In this document: positions 39,666 to 53,149 of the stretch, in pieces
How the letters are laid out: each line of letters begins with the position of its first letter
How positions within the stretch are numbered: position 1 is the first letter of the stretch
Origin: Squalus acanthias
Lineage: Eukaryota
Assembly: GCA_030390025.1 (NCBI GenBank)
Contig: CM059433.1
Coordinates: 23,810,001-23,874,000 of the forward strand
Direction of reading: 5' to 3'
DNA: 64,000 bases
Notes under the pieces: generated by a model
What the model was told of the DNA's origin: nothing
Databases searched by the model: none
Seen by the model: the letters and a program-made list of their open reading frames with translations, nothing else
Position numbers and translations under genes: made by a program

Positions 39666-40278
39666 TGTCGAAGTTTCGACTTCCGAGTAAGACTCTTGAA
39701 ACATAAAGTATCGTCAAAGACAGGCTTTATTATTTACTTGCTCGCAAGGAGAATGCATGCAGTCAACGGCTACATGACACTCTGAAAAATTACAGAGACT
39801 GCAACATCTTTATACACTGAAAATACAAGCTTTCTATATCACATGACATGGTATTAAATCACAGTTGATTAAAAGCATAGCGCCTACAAAAACAAGTGAA
39901 AAGGAGTATGTGTATGTTTAAGGAGGACTTTCTAAAACGTCAGCAAGGTTAAAGGAGCAGGAATACCTTGAGATAAGGCTAGCTAATCGCTTCTCAGAGG
40001 AAGCTTGTTCTCCTCCCACCATGCCATCTGGAATCAAAGGGTGATGATGATTTACACTGTGGCCTTGGTTATCTTAAGCTCGTTAGAGAGAGACTCTTTG
40101 TTCTGCAAACCTAAGCTATTTATTGGGGGCAATTAAACAGTCTACAAGCTGAAATTCCTCGGTCGAAACTATAAACAATTGGCTAATCTTTCTAACAGAC
40201 ATTGTGTAGGCCATTTTGGATTTTATATTCTGTGTCCAGGAAGCCATTTTGTGTCCAAGTAAAAAATACACTTCCACA
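39666..40278 (-). mobile_element. Solo LTR (~610 bp) inserted in a Deu-type SINE
   Basis: Termini TGTCGAAGT...ACTTCCACA (8/9 inverted match); minus-strand TATA at 39809-39816 and AATAAA at 39726-39731; TSD imperfect (aacc/aaca). Confidence 0.65.
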
Positions 40279-41409
40279 AACAGATTAAATTGGTCATCCC
40301 GCTCATTGCCATTTGTGGAATCCTATGGTGCCCAAAATGGCTGCTATATACAGCAATTTCAACTAATTCATCATACATGAATTGCTTTCAGATATTCGAG
40401 AGACATGACAATGGCTACATAAATGCAAGTCTTTCTTTTAAAGACAACGAGCTTTACAGGATTCTTTGATAGTCATGAAAGAGCACACAAAAATATTAAA
40501 CACTATACAGCATAAAAAGTACCAGACTCTTTCAAGGGAACTGAAGTTTTGCATTTCATTTAAAATGAAACACCTAATATAACACATCCCAAATCACTAA
40601 TGCTAGTTATGGAGCAGCTCTCAATAATAATCAAACAGTTGAATTGCAGTATGCTTGATATCTGTTTTCCAATTACTATGACTTCAGTGCTTTCAAAGTT
40701 AATTTTGGATATTTTGCAGGAGTGCTTGAAATAAGTAATTGAGAAATTTGATTATTTTCACTTTTCATAATGGCAGCCCCAATGATGGTGATCCTCTTGT
40801 ACCTTACCTAAATGGCCAATCTTCATATGAGCCTCGATAGAGAGCATCAGTGGACTATTTATATTGACACTTCCAAAGGATTTCATTGATAGTGTAACAC
40901 TTCGGGACATTTGGAGGAAGTGAAAAGTATTATATAAAACCAAGTTCTTTATTTACAGTTAAAGGTAAAAAGCAAGTATTAGACAGGAGTTTGACTAATC
41001 AAGACACAGGAAGTAAGTGTGACAACAGGGAGTGCATGCTGGATACAAGCCAAGATTTAATTATTCTTCAATAATAAAAGAAATCCTTTTCTATGGCTTT
41101 CAAGTGTGACAGTTCCAGGCTTTCAAACTTGCTGCTCTTGCCAAAAGCTGCATCGCCAATGGGACATAATGGAACATCCAACAGTTAAAATCATATCCAC
41201 TCAAGTGATAATGAAGTCTGAATCTGCAGATCAAAAAAAAATGCAACTCTAGGCTATAAAGGCACGTGTCAAAGCAGAGAACTGTTAGCAAGCAGCCTCG
41301 TTAATAATGCAAAAATAATCTGCATTACTTACAGGAACAAGAGCTATGATCTGATATGATCACGGCTGGAGTTCTATTGTTTTTGTTGTTGAACATTTGT
41401 GCCTCAAAT

Positions 41410-42510
41410 TCATTTACCCACCTTTGCTCCATACCCCTCGATACCCTGACCCAACAAAAATCTATCAATCTCAGTCTTGAAATTTTCAATTGACCCAGCA
41501 CCCAAAGCTTTTTGGGGAAGCATGCTCCAAATCTCCACTACCCTTTGTATGAAAAAGTGCTTATTGATTTCACTCCGAAATTACCAAGCTCTAATTTTAA
41601 GATTATGCCCCTTTGTGCTGGATTCCCCCACCAAAGGAAATAGTTTCTCTGTATCTATCCTACCGAATCCCTTTATTGTTTCAAAGACCTTGATTAGATC
41701 ATGCCTGAACCTTCTCAACTCAAGGGACTACAAACCAGGTTTGTGCAACCTCTCGGCATGATGTAGCCCCTTAAGCCCTGGTATAACTCTGATGAATCTG
41801 TGCAGTACCTCTTCAAGACCAATATAGGCTTCGTGAAAACTGATTGCAGTACTCGAGATGGGGTCTGTACAAGGCACTGTACAACTGAGGCATCACTTCC
41901 TCACTTTTGAATTCCATCCCTCTCGAGATAAAGGCCAATATTCCATTAGCCTTTTTAATGACATTTTGTACCTGTGCACTCACTTTTATGTTTCCTACAT
42001 TACAACAGTGACTACATGTCAAAAAGGGCTTCATTGTCTGTAAAGCGCTTTGGGACATCCGGTGGTCGTGAAAGGCGCTATATAAATGCAAGTTTTTTTT
42101 TTAGTGATTTGTGTATATGGTCACCTAAATCCCTTTGCTCCTCCAAAGTTTCTAGTCTTTCACCGTTAAGATATTCCAATGTGTCTTCCTCAGATCCAAA
42201 GTGAATGACCTCTCACTTCCCCACATTGAACTCCATCTGCAATAGTTTTGTCCACTCACTTAGTCTGCCCATGTTCCTTTGTAACTTCCTGTTCCCATCT
42301 ACACAACTTACTGTTCCTCCTAATGTGGTTCTATCTGCAAATTTGGATATACATCTCTCTATTTCTTCATCTAAGTCATTGATAAACAGTGAAAATCTAA
42401 GGCCCCAGTACAGATCCCTGGGAACCACCAAGTCACATCCCGCCAATCAGAGAACCCTTTATCCCTATTCTCTGTCTCCTACCTACCACCAATCCGTCAC
42501 AAGGTTACTG
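41410..42510 (-). mobile_element. CR1 fragment with a nested SINE tail (~41990-42100)
   Basis: ORFs 41813-42091 and 42213-42446 (ISKFAD) are RT remnants. Confidence 0.85.
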
Positions 42511-42669
42511 CTAATTCCAGCCTTCTGTTCACCACCCCGCCCCACTCCTTAACCTACCATTGGTGACAGAGCCTACAACAACTTCGGTCCTATTTTTGGA
42601 TATCCCTTGCTAAACCTCTCTGCCCCTCTATTTCTCTCTCCACCTTTAAAAACATACCTCAAAACCCAT

Positions 42670-44461
42670 TGTGCCAAAGCTTGCTGGAGTGGCGCATCTT
42701 GCAGCGTGCACCATGAGTTAAACTTATGCCTGCACCCTTCAGCTCAAATATAATTTGTGGCGCAACTTGCTAGAAGTGCAAACTGATGATGGCACAGCGA
42801 GCGCAACGGGGCATTACATAGGATATACAGCACAGAAACAGGCCATTCGGCCCAACCAGTCCATGCTGCCATTTATGCTCCACACAAGCCTCCTCCAGTC
42901 TTTCCTCATCTAAATCTATCAGCATAACCCTCTATTCCCTTTTCCCTCATATGCTTGTCTAGCCTCCCCTTAAATGCATCTATACTATTCACTTCAACCA
43001 CTCCCTGTGGTAGCGAGTTCCACATTCTCACCATTCTTTGGGTAAAGAAGTTTCTTCCGAATTCCCTATTTGATGTCTTGGTGACTATCTTATATTGATG
43101 GCTTCTAGTTATGCTCTTCCCCACAAGTGGAAACATTCTCTCTGTATCCACTCGATCAAAATTTTTCATAATTTTAAAGACCTCTACCAGGTCACCCCTC
43201 AGTCTTCTTTTTTCAAGAAAAGAGAGACGCAGCCTGTTCATCCTTTCCTCGTAAACCCTCGCATTTCTGGTATCATCCTTGTAAATCTTCTCTGCATCGT
43301 CTCCAGTGCCTCAATATCCTTTTTAGAATATGGTGACCAGAACTGTATGCAGTACTCGAAGTGTGGTCTAACCAAGGTTCGATACAGGTTTAGCATAACT
43401 TCCCTACTTTTCAATTCTATTCCTCTAGAAATACACCCTAGTGCTTGGTTTGCTATTTTTATGGCCTTGCTAACCTGTGTCGCAACTTTTAGTGATTTGT
43501 GTATTTGTTCTCCGAGATCCCTTTGTTCCTCTACCCCACCTAGACTCACACCCTCCAAGTGATGTGACCCTTTACACCTACTCTCTGCTTTGTCCTGAAG
43601 CCAGCCAGCAATCCATTCTGCTACTTGTCCCGACTCCACATTCTCTGACCTTGTTCATCAATCTATTATGGGATACCTTATCGAAGGCCTTTTGAAAATC
43701 CAAATAAATTACATAAATTACATCTGCTGCATCTGGGACTTTAGCGAACGACGGGACCAACAGTGTATCTCTTTAACCAATGAGATTGAAGGATTGAGAA
43801 AGAAACATTAACGACTGAGAAGGCGGGTGAATTAGAGTGGGCGAATTAAGAGTTAAATCAGGTACACAATGAAAAATGGAGAAGGAAGGAAAGACTGGAT
43901 TAAGAGAAAGAAGAGACAGAAAGGAAAATGTAAACATTTTTAAAAATGTTTTAAATCTCCAAGAATTTACTACATGCAGGAATGAGACTCAACAGTTAAA
44001 TTGTTCCCTTTCTGAGCCGCAGAGATTGATTGGCATCGCATTAACAATTACCAAATCATTAAAAGGGTACTTATGCTGTTAATCATGAGCCTTAACTTTC
44101 TGCCGTGAGTTTACCGGGCAATTTATATGCAAATCCAGCAAGTTCTTAATAATAACAGGGAAGCCAAGAGCGAGATGCCATTTGTGAGGTAAAGGGCGGA
44201 GCGCAATGTTCCCTCTAATTTATTTTCGCGTGCAGTCCCTTTAAATGGTTGCGCATTTTTTTCATTTAAAAGCCGGTTAGCGGCCTGCGCGGGATTTCCA
44301 GACCGCTGCACGACCTCGCAGCTTTGCGGGAACGATGGCAGAGTTCTGGAGATTTGCATCTCATGCCATATCTCTTCTTCCCCTGCACTTGCTGGCCGAT
44401 TTGCTCATTAATTACGGCGCTTGTCGTGAACTCGCCGTTATTTTTCCAGGAAGATTTGGCC
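42670..44461. mobile_element. Older MITE split by a CR1 insertion (42817-43720)
   Basis: Internal blocks similar to the 48094 family occur on both sides of the CR1. Confidence 0.5.
42817..43720 (-). mobile_element. CR1 fragment, same subfamily as 36254-36632
   Basis: ORFs 42906-43241 and 43238-43639; internally deleted RT. Confidence 0.88.
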
Positions 44462-44849
44462 TATTATTTCAACCAAGCTTTCAGTCACCACTCCTAACAC
44501 CTCTTCCTTCCTTGACGTCCATTCCCTTTCACCCATCCATGAAGCACTTTGGGACATTTCATAACATTAAAAAGGTGCTATACATATTCAAGCCATGTTG
44601 TTTACCTCCTCCACCCCACCCAAAAAATTTTTTACTGACCAGGACAAGTGTTGAATTTTATAATTCTCCATTTCTTTTGACACTTTGAAAGTTGGAAAGT
44701 TGGAAACTCCATCTTCAACAGGTTAGCTCTCTCCCTTTTCCTTACCTCAATGAATGGCTAGCAGGAAGAAAAATATTTTCTTCATGTTAAATCTTATGAA
44801 TAAAATTTAAGTGGCATGCTTCACGGCAATTGTTTATGATCCAACAAGA

Positions 44850-47135
44850 CACAAAAAACCTCCCAGAAATACGAGAAAACCAAGGGTGTGGCGAGAATGA
44901 GGAACTTAAAGAAATTATTAAAAAAACAGTACTAGCAAAATTAATGGGACTAAAAGTTGATAAATCCCAAGGACCGGATGACCTACATCCTAGGATTTTG
45001 AAAGAGGGGGCCATTGGGATAGTGGACGCATTGGTTGTCATCTTCCAAAATTCTAGAGATTCTGGAACGGTTCCTGCAGATTGGAGGATAGCAAATGTAA
45101 CCCCGCTATTTAAGAAAGGAGGGAGAGAGAAAACGGGGAACTAGACCTGTTAGCCTCACATCAGTAGTTGGGAAAATGCTGGAATCTATTAAAGGATGCA
45201 ATAACTGGGCACTTAGAAACTAATACAGGAAACTCTTTGGTATCCGGCACCGACGGGACCGGCGTGGTGCCGGTTGATCAAAAGTTCCGGATAACGGAGA
45301 GTTATATCTACCGAGGCTATTTTTAACAAAAAAATAAAAAAATCAAGAAATGTGCAGTATACAGTATTTGGGTACTCACCTACAGAATGTTGCGTTAAAT
45401 GGATGGTGGAAGATGCTTGATTAAGTACAGTACTGCCAGTTGAGGGTAATCCATAACTCTTTAATTACTTAACAGTAAAACAAAACTTACACAGTAAAAT
45501 GGCCGATCAGAAGAGACTCCCGGCAGCGCGGGAGAATCAGACTCCTGTTACTGCAGTGTTCGGACTTCCGACAGCGCCAGGAGGCAGAGTAGTGGCACTT
45601 TGGAGAACTACCCCCACTGACCAACTCGGCGTTCGCGGGAGACTCGCACTTGGCAACATTGCCGGTTATTTGAGAGGAGTTTTCGGAGTACTCGGCGTTC
45701 GCGGGAGACTCGGACTCGGCAACATTGCCGGTTATTTGAGAGGAGTTTTCGGAGTATGATTTTTGCCGGTTAAGAGAGAATTCCGGATATTTAGGTGCCG
45801 GTTAAACAAGAGTTTCCTGTAGTAAGATTGGGCAGAGTCAACATGGATTTATGAAAGGGAAATCCTGTTTGACAAACCTATTGGAGTTCTTTGAGGATGT
45901 AACTAGTGGAGTAGACAAAGGGGAACTAGTAGATGTGGTGTATTTGGATTTTCAGAAGGCCTTCGATAAGTTCCCACACAAGAGGTTGGTGAACAAAATT
46001 AGGGCACATGGAATTGGGGGTAATATACTAGCATGGATTGAGAATTGGTTAACAGACAGAAAACAAAGAGTAGGGATAAAAGGGTATTTTTAAGGATGGC
46101 AGGCTGAGACTAGTGGGGTACTGCAAGGATCGGTGCTTGGGCCCCAGCTATTCACAATCTATATCAATGATTTGGATGAGGGGACTAAATAGAACATTCC
46201 CAAATTTGCTGATGACACAAAGCTAGGTGGCAGTGGCAGTTGTGAAGAGGATTGTGAAGAGGCTTCAAGGGGATCTCGACAGGCTCAGTAAGTGGGCGAG
46301 AACACGGCAGATGGAATATAATGTGGATAAATGTGAAGTTATCCACTTTGGTAGAAAAAACAGAAAGGCAGAGTATTTCCTAAATGGTGAAAGATTGGGG
46401 AATGCAGATGCTCAAAGGGACCTGGGTGTCCTTGTACATGAGTCACTGAAAGTGAATGTGCAGGTGCAGTAAGCCATTAGGAAGGCAAATGGTATGCTGG
46501 CCTTCATTACAAGAGGATTTGAGTACAGGAGTAAAGAAGTCTTACTCCAATTATATAGTGCCTCGGTGAGACCACACCTGGAGTACCGTGTACAATTTTG
46601 GTCTCCTTACCAAAGTAAGGATATACTTGACATAGAGGGAGTGCAACGAAGGTTCACGAGATTGATTCCTGGGATGGCGGGACTGTCGTATGAGAAGAGA
46701 TTGAGTAAACCAGGCCTGTATTCTCTTGAATTCATAAGAATGAGGGGGGATCTCATTGAAGCATACAAAATTATTACAGGGCTTGATAGGGTGGATGCTG
46801 GGAGAATGTTTCCCTTGGCTGGGGAGTCTAGAACCAGGGGCCACAGCCTCAGGATAAAGGGTAGGCCATTCAGGACTGAGATGAGCAGAAATTTCTTCAC
46901 ACAGAGGGTGGTGAATCTTTGGAATTCTCTACCCCAGAGGGCAGTGGAGGCTCAGTCATTGGGTATATTCAAAACAGAAGTCGATAGATTTCTGACTAGT
47001 AAAGGCATCAAGGGATATGGCGATACGGCCGGTGAATGGAGTTGAGGCAGATGATCAGCCATGATCTCATTGAAGGGCAGAGCAGGCTCGAGGGGCCGAA
47101 TGGCCTACTCCTGCTCCTATTTCTTATGTTCTTAT
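44850..47135 (+). mobile_element. Long CR1 ORF2 remnant interrupted by the Tigger-like MITE
   Basis: KSQGPDDLHPRILKE, YLDFQKAFDK and KFADDTK motifs, C-terminus and ttcttatg tail; contains stops and frameshifts. Confidence 0.92.
45226..45819. mobile_element. Tc1/mariner (Tigger/pogo-like) MITE nested in a CR1
   Basis: TA TSDs at 45224-45225 and 45820-45821; ~26-bp imperfect TIRs CAGGAAACTCTT...CCGGCACC; internal 66-bp tandem duplication at 45624-45755. Confidence 0.88.
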
Positions 47136-47136
47136 T

Positions 47137-48075
47137 CTTGGCCCCCTCCTATTTCTCATCTGCATGCTGCCCCTCTGCGACATCATTCGTAAACATATCA
47201 GGTTGCACACGTACGCTGACGATACCCAGCTCTACCTCACCACCACCTCTCTCAGCCCCTCACTGTCTCTAAATTGTCAGACTGCTCGTCAGGCATTCAG
47301 TACTGGCTGAGCAGAAATTTCCTCCAGCTAAATATTGGAAACACCTAAGCCATTGTCTTCAGTCCCCGCCACGATCCCTCTCCCTGGCAACTGCCTGAGG
47401 CTGAACCAGGCTGTTCGCAACCTTGGTGTCGTATCTGACACAGAGATGAGCTTCCAACCACATATCCACTCCATCACAAAGACCGCCTACTTCCACCTCC
47501 GTAACATCGCTCATCTGCTGCTGAACCCTCACCCATGCCTTTGTTACCACTAGACTGGACTATTCCAATGCTCTCCTGGCCAGCCTCCCATCTTCCAGCC
47601 TACATAAACTTCAGCTCATCCAAATAGCTGCCGCCCGTGTCTTAATTCACACCAAGTCCTATTCACCCATCACCCCTGTGCTCGCTGATCTGCAGTGGCA
47701 CCAGGTCCAACATTGCCTCTACTTTAAAATTCTCATCCTCATTTTCAAATCCCTCCATGGGCTCGCCCCTCCAGCCCTACAAGCCTCTGCCCTCTCTTGC
47801 ATCCCTAATTTTAATCGCTCCACCATTGGTGGCCATACCTTTGTTGCCTAGGCTCTAAGCGCTTGAATACCCTCCCTAAACCTCTCCTCCTCTCTACCTC
47901 TCTCTCCTCCTTTAAGACGATCCTTAAAACCTACCTCTTTGTCCAAGCTTTTGGTCATCTGTCCTAATACCTCCTTATGTGGCACGGTGCAAAGTTTTTG
48001 TCTGATAATCGCTCGAGGGGCCTTGGGATAATTTACTACATTAAAGGCACTATATAAATGCAACTTGTTGTTGTT
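47137..48075 (+). mobile_element. L2-type LINE 3' fragment
   Basis: YADDTQLY region and tail ending tgcaacttgttgttgttg. Confidence 0.85.
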
Positions 48076-48093
48076 GAATGTGTGAATAATGAC

Positions 48094-48397
48094 GGCCCAG
48101 ATTTTGCAGTCAGCAGCGAGGAAACAGCGCTCACCGTTCACCACGCTTACAGCTGCCCAGACTTTACGTGGGCTTTTGAGCAGCAATTGGTCGTCATCGA
48201 GCATATGATCCAGCACAGCACACTCTACAAGGGATCTGTGGCGTGAAAGAGCAGGGCAAGCAACAGCGTAGCTCTTCTAACAATCAGATTGAAGAATCCT
48301 CACAGACACGCAACGTCTAAACCAGGAAGCATAAAATAGAATATTTAATTCATTGTAAAATCATGTACAGAAAGTGAAATAAAGAGGGAAAGATGGG

Positions 48398-48433
<36 letters not shown>

Positions 48434-48869
48434 GAGACAAAGAAATAGTTAAAAAAAATCTTTATAAAATCTCCAACAATAATTAAATTCTGAAGGAATG
48501 AAACTCCACACTTATAAAATGTAATTTTCAGGGCCAGAGAGATTCTTTGGCAGTAATTAAGATGCATCATGCCGTTAAAAATTCAGTTACACCTGAATGC
48601 ACCAGCCCCAACTTTTTCTGGTGTGTTTAGTGGGTAACTAGTGGAAAGTACAGCAACTTCATGCCCTTACATGGATTTCAATGCAGATTCTATAGGCAAG
48701 GTACCGGTGGAGCGCAGCTTGTGGAGGAGCAGGGCAAATCGGACAGCAACTTCCGGATTTCAGCGTTTAATTGCGCATGTGCAGACTCCGGAAGTTGCTG
48801 TCCGATTTACTCCACAACAATAGTGAGCGCTCTTAGCCTCACTGTTGTTCTTAACGCAATATCCGGGCC
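48094..48869. mobile_element. Harbinger-like MITE containing a (GA)n tract
   Basis: TIRs GGCCCAGATTTTGC / GCAATATCCGGGCC; related to 56950-57704 and 42670-44461. Confidence 0.7.
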
Positions 48870-49904
48870 AATGTGCTCATCAAACAAGATTTTCCTCAAT
48901 ATATACTAGTCAATCTCCCATGGCATTGCACATGGGGAGTCAAGACCAAATGTAGTCTTTAGCTGAAGCAGAATTAGAGGGTGGGGATAACTGGACCAGG
49001 GCATGCAGATGTAATTTAGTCCCTATTTTAGTCACACAAGAAACTGCCTGTGTAAACGTATCATATTGCAATTACATCTTCTTGCCAATATTGGCACTGC
49101 AGCATCTCCATCGGACAATAATCAGAGTATGTGACCTCTTACCCGTCTCTGCTTCTTGTTACTGTTTCTCTACCTCTCCAACTTCTAACTCTATTTCTCT
49201 TCATTTGGGGTCAGGCTTGCAGGGAAAATGTGGCCCTCAGTGGCTCCCTTGCCATCCCTAGTTGAATCACAAAGGTTTTCTCTCACCACCTTGAGACCAT
49301 CACATCCCCACTAGCCCTTTCTCCCCCCGCCCCCCCCCCACCAACACTAGACCGACCTCAATAAATGCTCAACCCCTGTATCCTCCCCATTCTCTTGCTC
49401 TCGAACACAACCCTTAACCCTCCAGCCACTGCTCCTCTAACTCTATCCTTCTGAAGTTGGGTGACAGAGGCCAAAGAGCTTCTCCAGGGTTCCTCCTCCA
49501 CTTTCCTCTCCTATATTCCATTCCTACCAGTTTCCCCTTGTTTGCTTTCAAAATTCATATTTTTTTTTAAACAAAAGAAACTGTCTAATCTGCTTACCTC
49601 TCCCCATCTCACACAATAGGTGGATGCAGGGGAGATCATTATTTTTGAAAATTGATCAGCATGAAGAAAGTCCATCTCTATTATTCCAAATGGACATCAG
49701 ATATACATGTTAATTTTACTGAGTTCAATGTCACTGGAAAACTAAACATACAGCAAACGTCTCACATCCCAGTCTAAGTAAACATTTGGACCAACTTGGA
49801 GCACTGGCAATTAAAATTGGGTAGCAAATGCCACTCCCAAGACTTAAAAATATGGGAAGTGATGATATTCCCCTTTCCGTATCGGGGGCCGCTGTATGGA
49901 TAGG

Positions 49905-50345
49905 AAAGAACTTGTCTTTCACAACTTCTGGACGCGCCAAACAACTTTAAAGCCAATGAAGTTCTTTTTGAAATGTAATTACTGTTGCAATGTAGAAAAA
50001 CATGGCAGCCAATCTGTGCACAGCCAGGCCCCACAAACAGCAATGAGATACATAACAAGATTATCTGTTTTAGTGATGTCGGTTGAGGAATAAATATTTC
50101 CCAGGACACCAGGAGAACTCCACTGCTCTTCTTAGAATAGTGCCATGGGATCTTTTACATACACCCGAGAAAGCAGACGGGGCCTCGGTTTAACGTCTCA
50201 TCCAAAAGACGGCACCTCCAACAGTGCAGCACTCCCTCAGTATTGTACTGAAGTGTCAGCCTCAACTGTGTGATCAAGTCTATGGAGTGGGGCTTGAACC
50301 AACAACCTTCTGACTCAGAAGCGAGAGTGCAACCAACGATAACTA
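49905..50345 (-). mobile_element. Near full-length Deu-domain SINE (SacSINE1-like). Other copies at ~4870-5140, 22870-23170, 26700-26970, 39540-40440 and 60500-60830.
   Basis: tRNA-like head, Deu core tactgagggagtgctgcactg...gagacgttaaaccgaggccccgtctgc, and an L2-like tail. Confidence 0.75.
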
Positions 50346-50814
50346 CTGCGAATGTGTGAATACTTGCACCACGCAATATGTGTGACATTTCATTAAAAAA
50401 AACTGAATTTCTTCAGCTAGTTTATCTGCCAAAGTACGCAGGCAAAAGAAATGTCTGAGTGCCAGCCAGCTATGGAAAGGTAGAATGATTGGAGGGACAA
50501 CTGGACATCATCTTCCTTACCAGCTGGCTCTAAAGACTGTTCTGAAACAAAGTTGTTTGCTGAGCTATGGAACACCATCAGATTTATATGCAAATTCCAC
50601 TAATGCCCTTTCTAAATCAAAAGCACAGCATGATTCCACTTATCTTTGCAACTCTTCTAGTGCTTCTATCTACAGTCACACTCAATTACTGTAAATAGCA
50701 GCTTTGAAGAATTCACCAATGAGCCACAGTTTTGAGGTAAAATATAGCACATAAGGAAAATTCAAGCAAGGCGTGAGTGATCAGGCCGATATTATTTTAC
50801 CCCATATACAACAG

Positions 50815-53010
50815 GAGCATAGGAACAACAGTAGGCCATTCAGCACCTTGAGTCTGTTCCACCATTCAATTAGATCATAGCTGATCTGTATCTTAACTCA
50901 GTCTACCCGCTTTGGTTCTGTAACTCTTAATACCCTTGCCCAACAAAAATCTCATTTTTGAAATTTTCAATTGACATAGCCTCAACAGGTTTTGGGGCGG
51001 GGGGGGGGTTCCAGATTCCCACTACCCTCTGTGTAAAGAAGTGCTTTCTGACATCACCCTTCAACAGCCTAGCTCTAATTGCAAGGCTACGCCCCCTTGT
51101 TTTTGGACTCCCCCACCAGATGAAATCGTTTCTCCCCATCAACTCATTTAAACATCTTAAATACCTCAATTAGTTCACCCTTAATAGTTTATACTCAATG
51201 GCATGCAAGTTGAGTCTATGCAACCTGTCCTCATATTTGAACTCTTTTAGCCCGAGTACCAATGGCCCGAAAATTAAACCGAATACGTGAGAGTACGCAC
51301 TGTGTACTCTCGCGTATTAGATCCCGAATTGCCGGTTTCCTGCATGCACTGCACATGCGCGGGAAACCGGCACTTCGTGAATTCAAAAGGGGGCGGTTCC
51401 TAAGTGAACTGCGTGCGCGCTACAGGCTGTGCGCACGCAGTGCACTTAGTTATTTTTTCAGCTTTGTACGCGCAGGTAAGTGGTGAACATTTTACACATA
51501 AAGAAAGCAGGCGTAGGACACCCTTTTAACAAGGTAAGTTGTTAATTAAGTGTTATTTTAAATTTTTTTCAACAGGTTTATCTTTTTTAGAGACTTTAAA
51601 GAAAGGTAAGTTTATTTTTATAACTTTTAAAAAGATTAAATTTTTTCAAAAATTAAATTTTTTGTTTAAAGTGGTTAATTTATTTAACTATACTTATTTT
51701 ATTAATATGATGGCTTTTTTTTTTAATTTAATTGAGGTTTAGCTGTTCTTTTGGGGGTTTGTAGTGTTCATAGCTTTGACAGCTCTTGCCGTCAAAACTA
51801 TGAATGAAAGATGGTGTGCTGCCATTGGCTCTAACTGAATCACGTGATCCCAGAGCTCGCACGAACTAATTGCGCCCCTGGGTCACGCAAGCACTGCACG
51901 GTTCCAACAGAGAGAGCCTTTGAAACTAAAGTTCGTGTGGGCCCGGAGCAAAAAGGTAGGCGCGGAGTGCGATATCGCGGGGAATCCTTACCCCCGCGGG
52001 AACCATCCATGTTTAATTTCTGGGCCATTATGGTGAATCTGCACTGCACCCCCAAGGCAAATACATCCTTCCTCAGGTGTGGTGCCCATTAGTCTTTTTA
52101 AATAGCTTCTATACCAGTCCACGAGCTTTTAATGGTTTCTGTACTTGAACCCCATAAATCTCTGCTCCTCCACAGTTCCTAGCTTATCACCATGTAGAAA
52201 TTACTCTGATCTATCACTCGAGTCCAAAGTGGATGACCTCACTGCCCCACACGGAATTTCATCTGCCACAGTTTTGCCCACTTAATGTCCCTTTGCAACT
52301 TTCTGCTCCTATCTACATTATTTACTGTGCCACCTAACTTGGTGTCAGCAAACTTGGATATACAGCTCTCTATTCCTTCATCTAAATCATTTATAAATAT
52401 AGTGGAAATCGGAGGTCCCAGTGCAGGCTAATGGAATGTTGGCCTTTATCTCAAGGGGGCTGAAATACAAAGGAGTGGAAGTTATGTTGCAGCTGTACAG
52501 AACTCTAGTTAGATCCCATTTAGAGTACTGTGGTCAGTTTTGGGCACCACACATCAGGAAGGATATATTGACCTTGGAGGACACCACTCGTCACATCCTG
52601 CCAATTTGAGTACCCACCCATTATTCTTACAGTCTCCTCCCTCCTAACCAATTCACTACCCGTGTCAATACGTTGCCTCCAATTCCATACGCTCTCATTT
52701 TGGTTAACAGTCTCTTATGTGGAACCTTATTAAATATGCCTTCTGGAAGTCCATATAAATAGCATTCATAGAGGCTCCCTTATCTACTAGCTCAATAAAT
52801 TCAACTAGGTTTGTTGGACATGACTTACCCAAACAAATCCATGCTGGCTCTCTCTGATCAGCTCATATTTGTCCAAGTGTTCAGTCACTGTCCCTAATAA
52901 AAGTTTCCAGTCATTTCCCCACAACAGGCATTAGACTACTGCAGCTTTAATATCCTAGTTTATCTCATCTACCCTTCTTAAATAATGGAGAGACATGGCA
53001 ATTTTCCAAT
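50815..53010 (-). mobile_element. CR1 remnant interrupted by a MITE and by an inverted CR1 piece (~52421-52580)
   Basis: CR1 tail at 50815, with RT similarity continuing to ~53000. Confidence 0.8.
51264..52026. mobile_element. Harbinger-like MITE, complete, inserted in a CR1
   Basis: TIRs GGCCCGAAAATTAAAC / GTTTAATTTCTGGGCC; flanks AAT/ATT; internal hairpins and an AT-rich core. Confidence 0.75.
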
Positions 53011-53149
53011 CCAAAGAAATGCTTAAAAAGGCACTTTTACCTATATATACACTTTTGAACTTCATATTCTTATGCCAGAATTTCACTCATATTTTCCTTT
53101 TTTTTTTTAAATTGCATATGTAAAACTACAGGCCCCCATCTTCACACCC

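Noticed and set aside
40808..41240. Extra 5'UTR exon (strong acceptor at 41223, minus strand)
   Set aside because: No convincing nearby donor pairing; cannot be supported without transcript data.
45499..45759. ORF with a repeated 22-aa unit, or a CRISPR-like repeat
   Set aside because: A 66-bp tandem duplication inside a MITE, with no spacers, in eukaryotic DNA.
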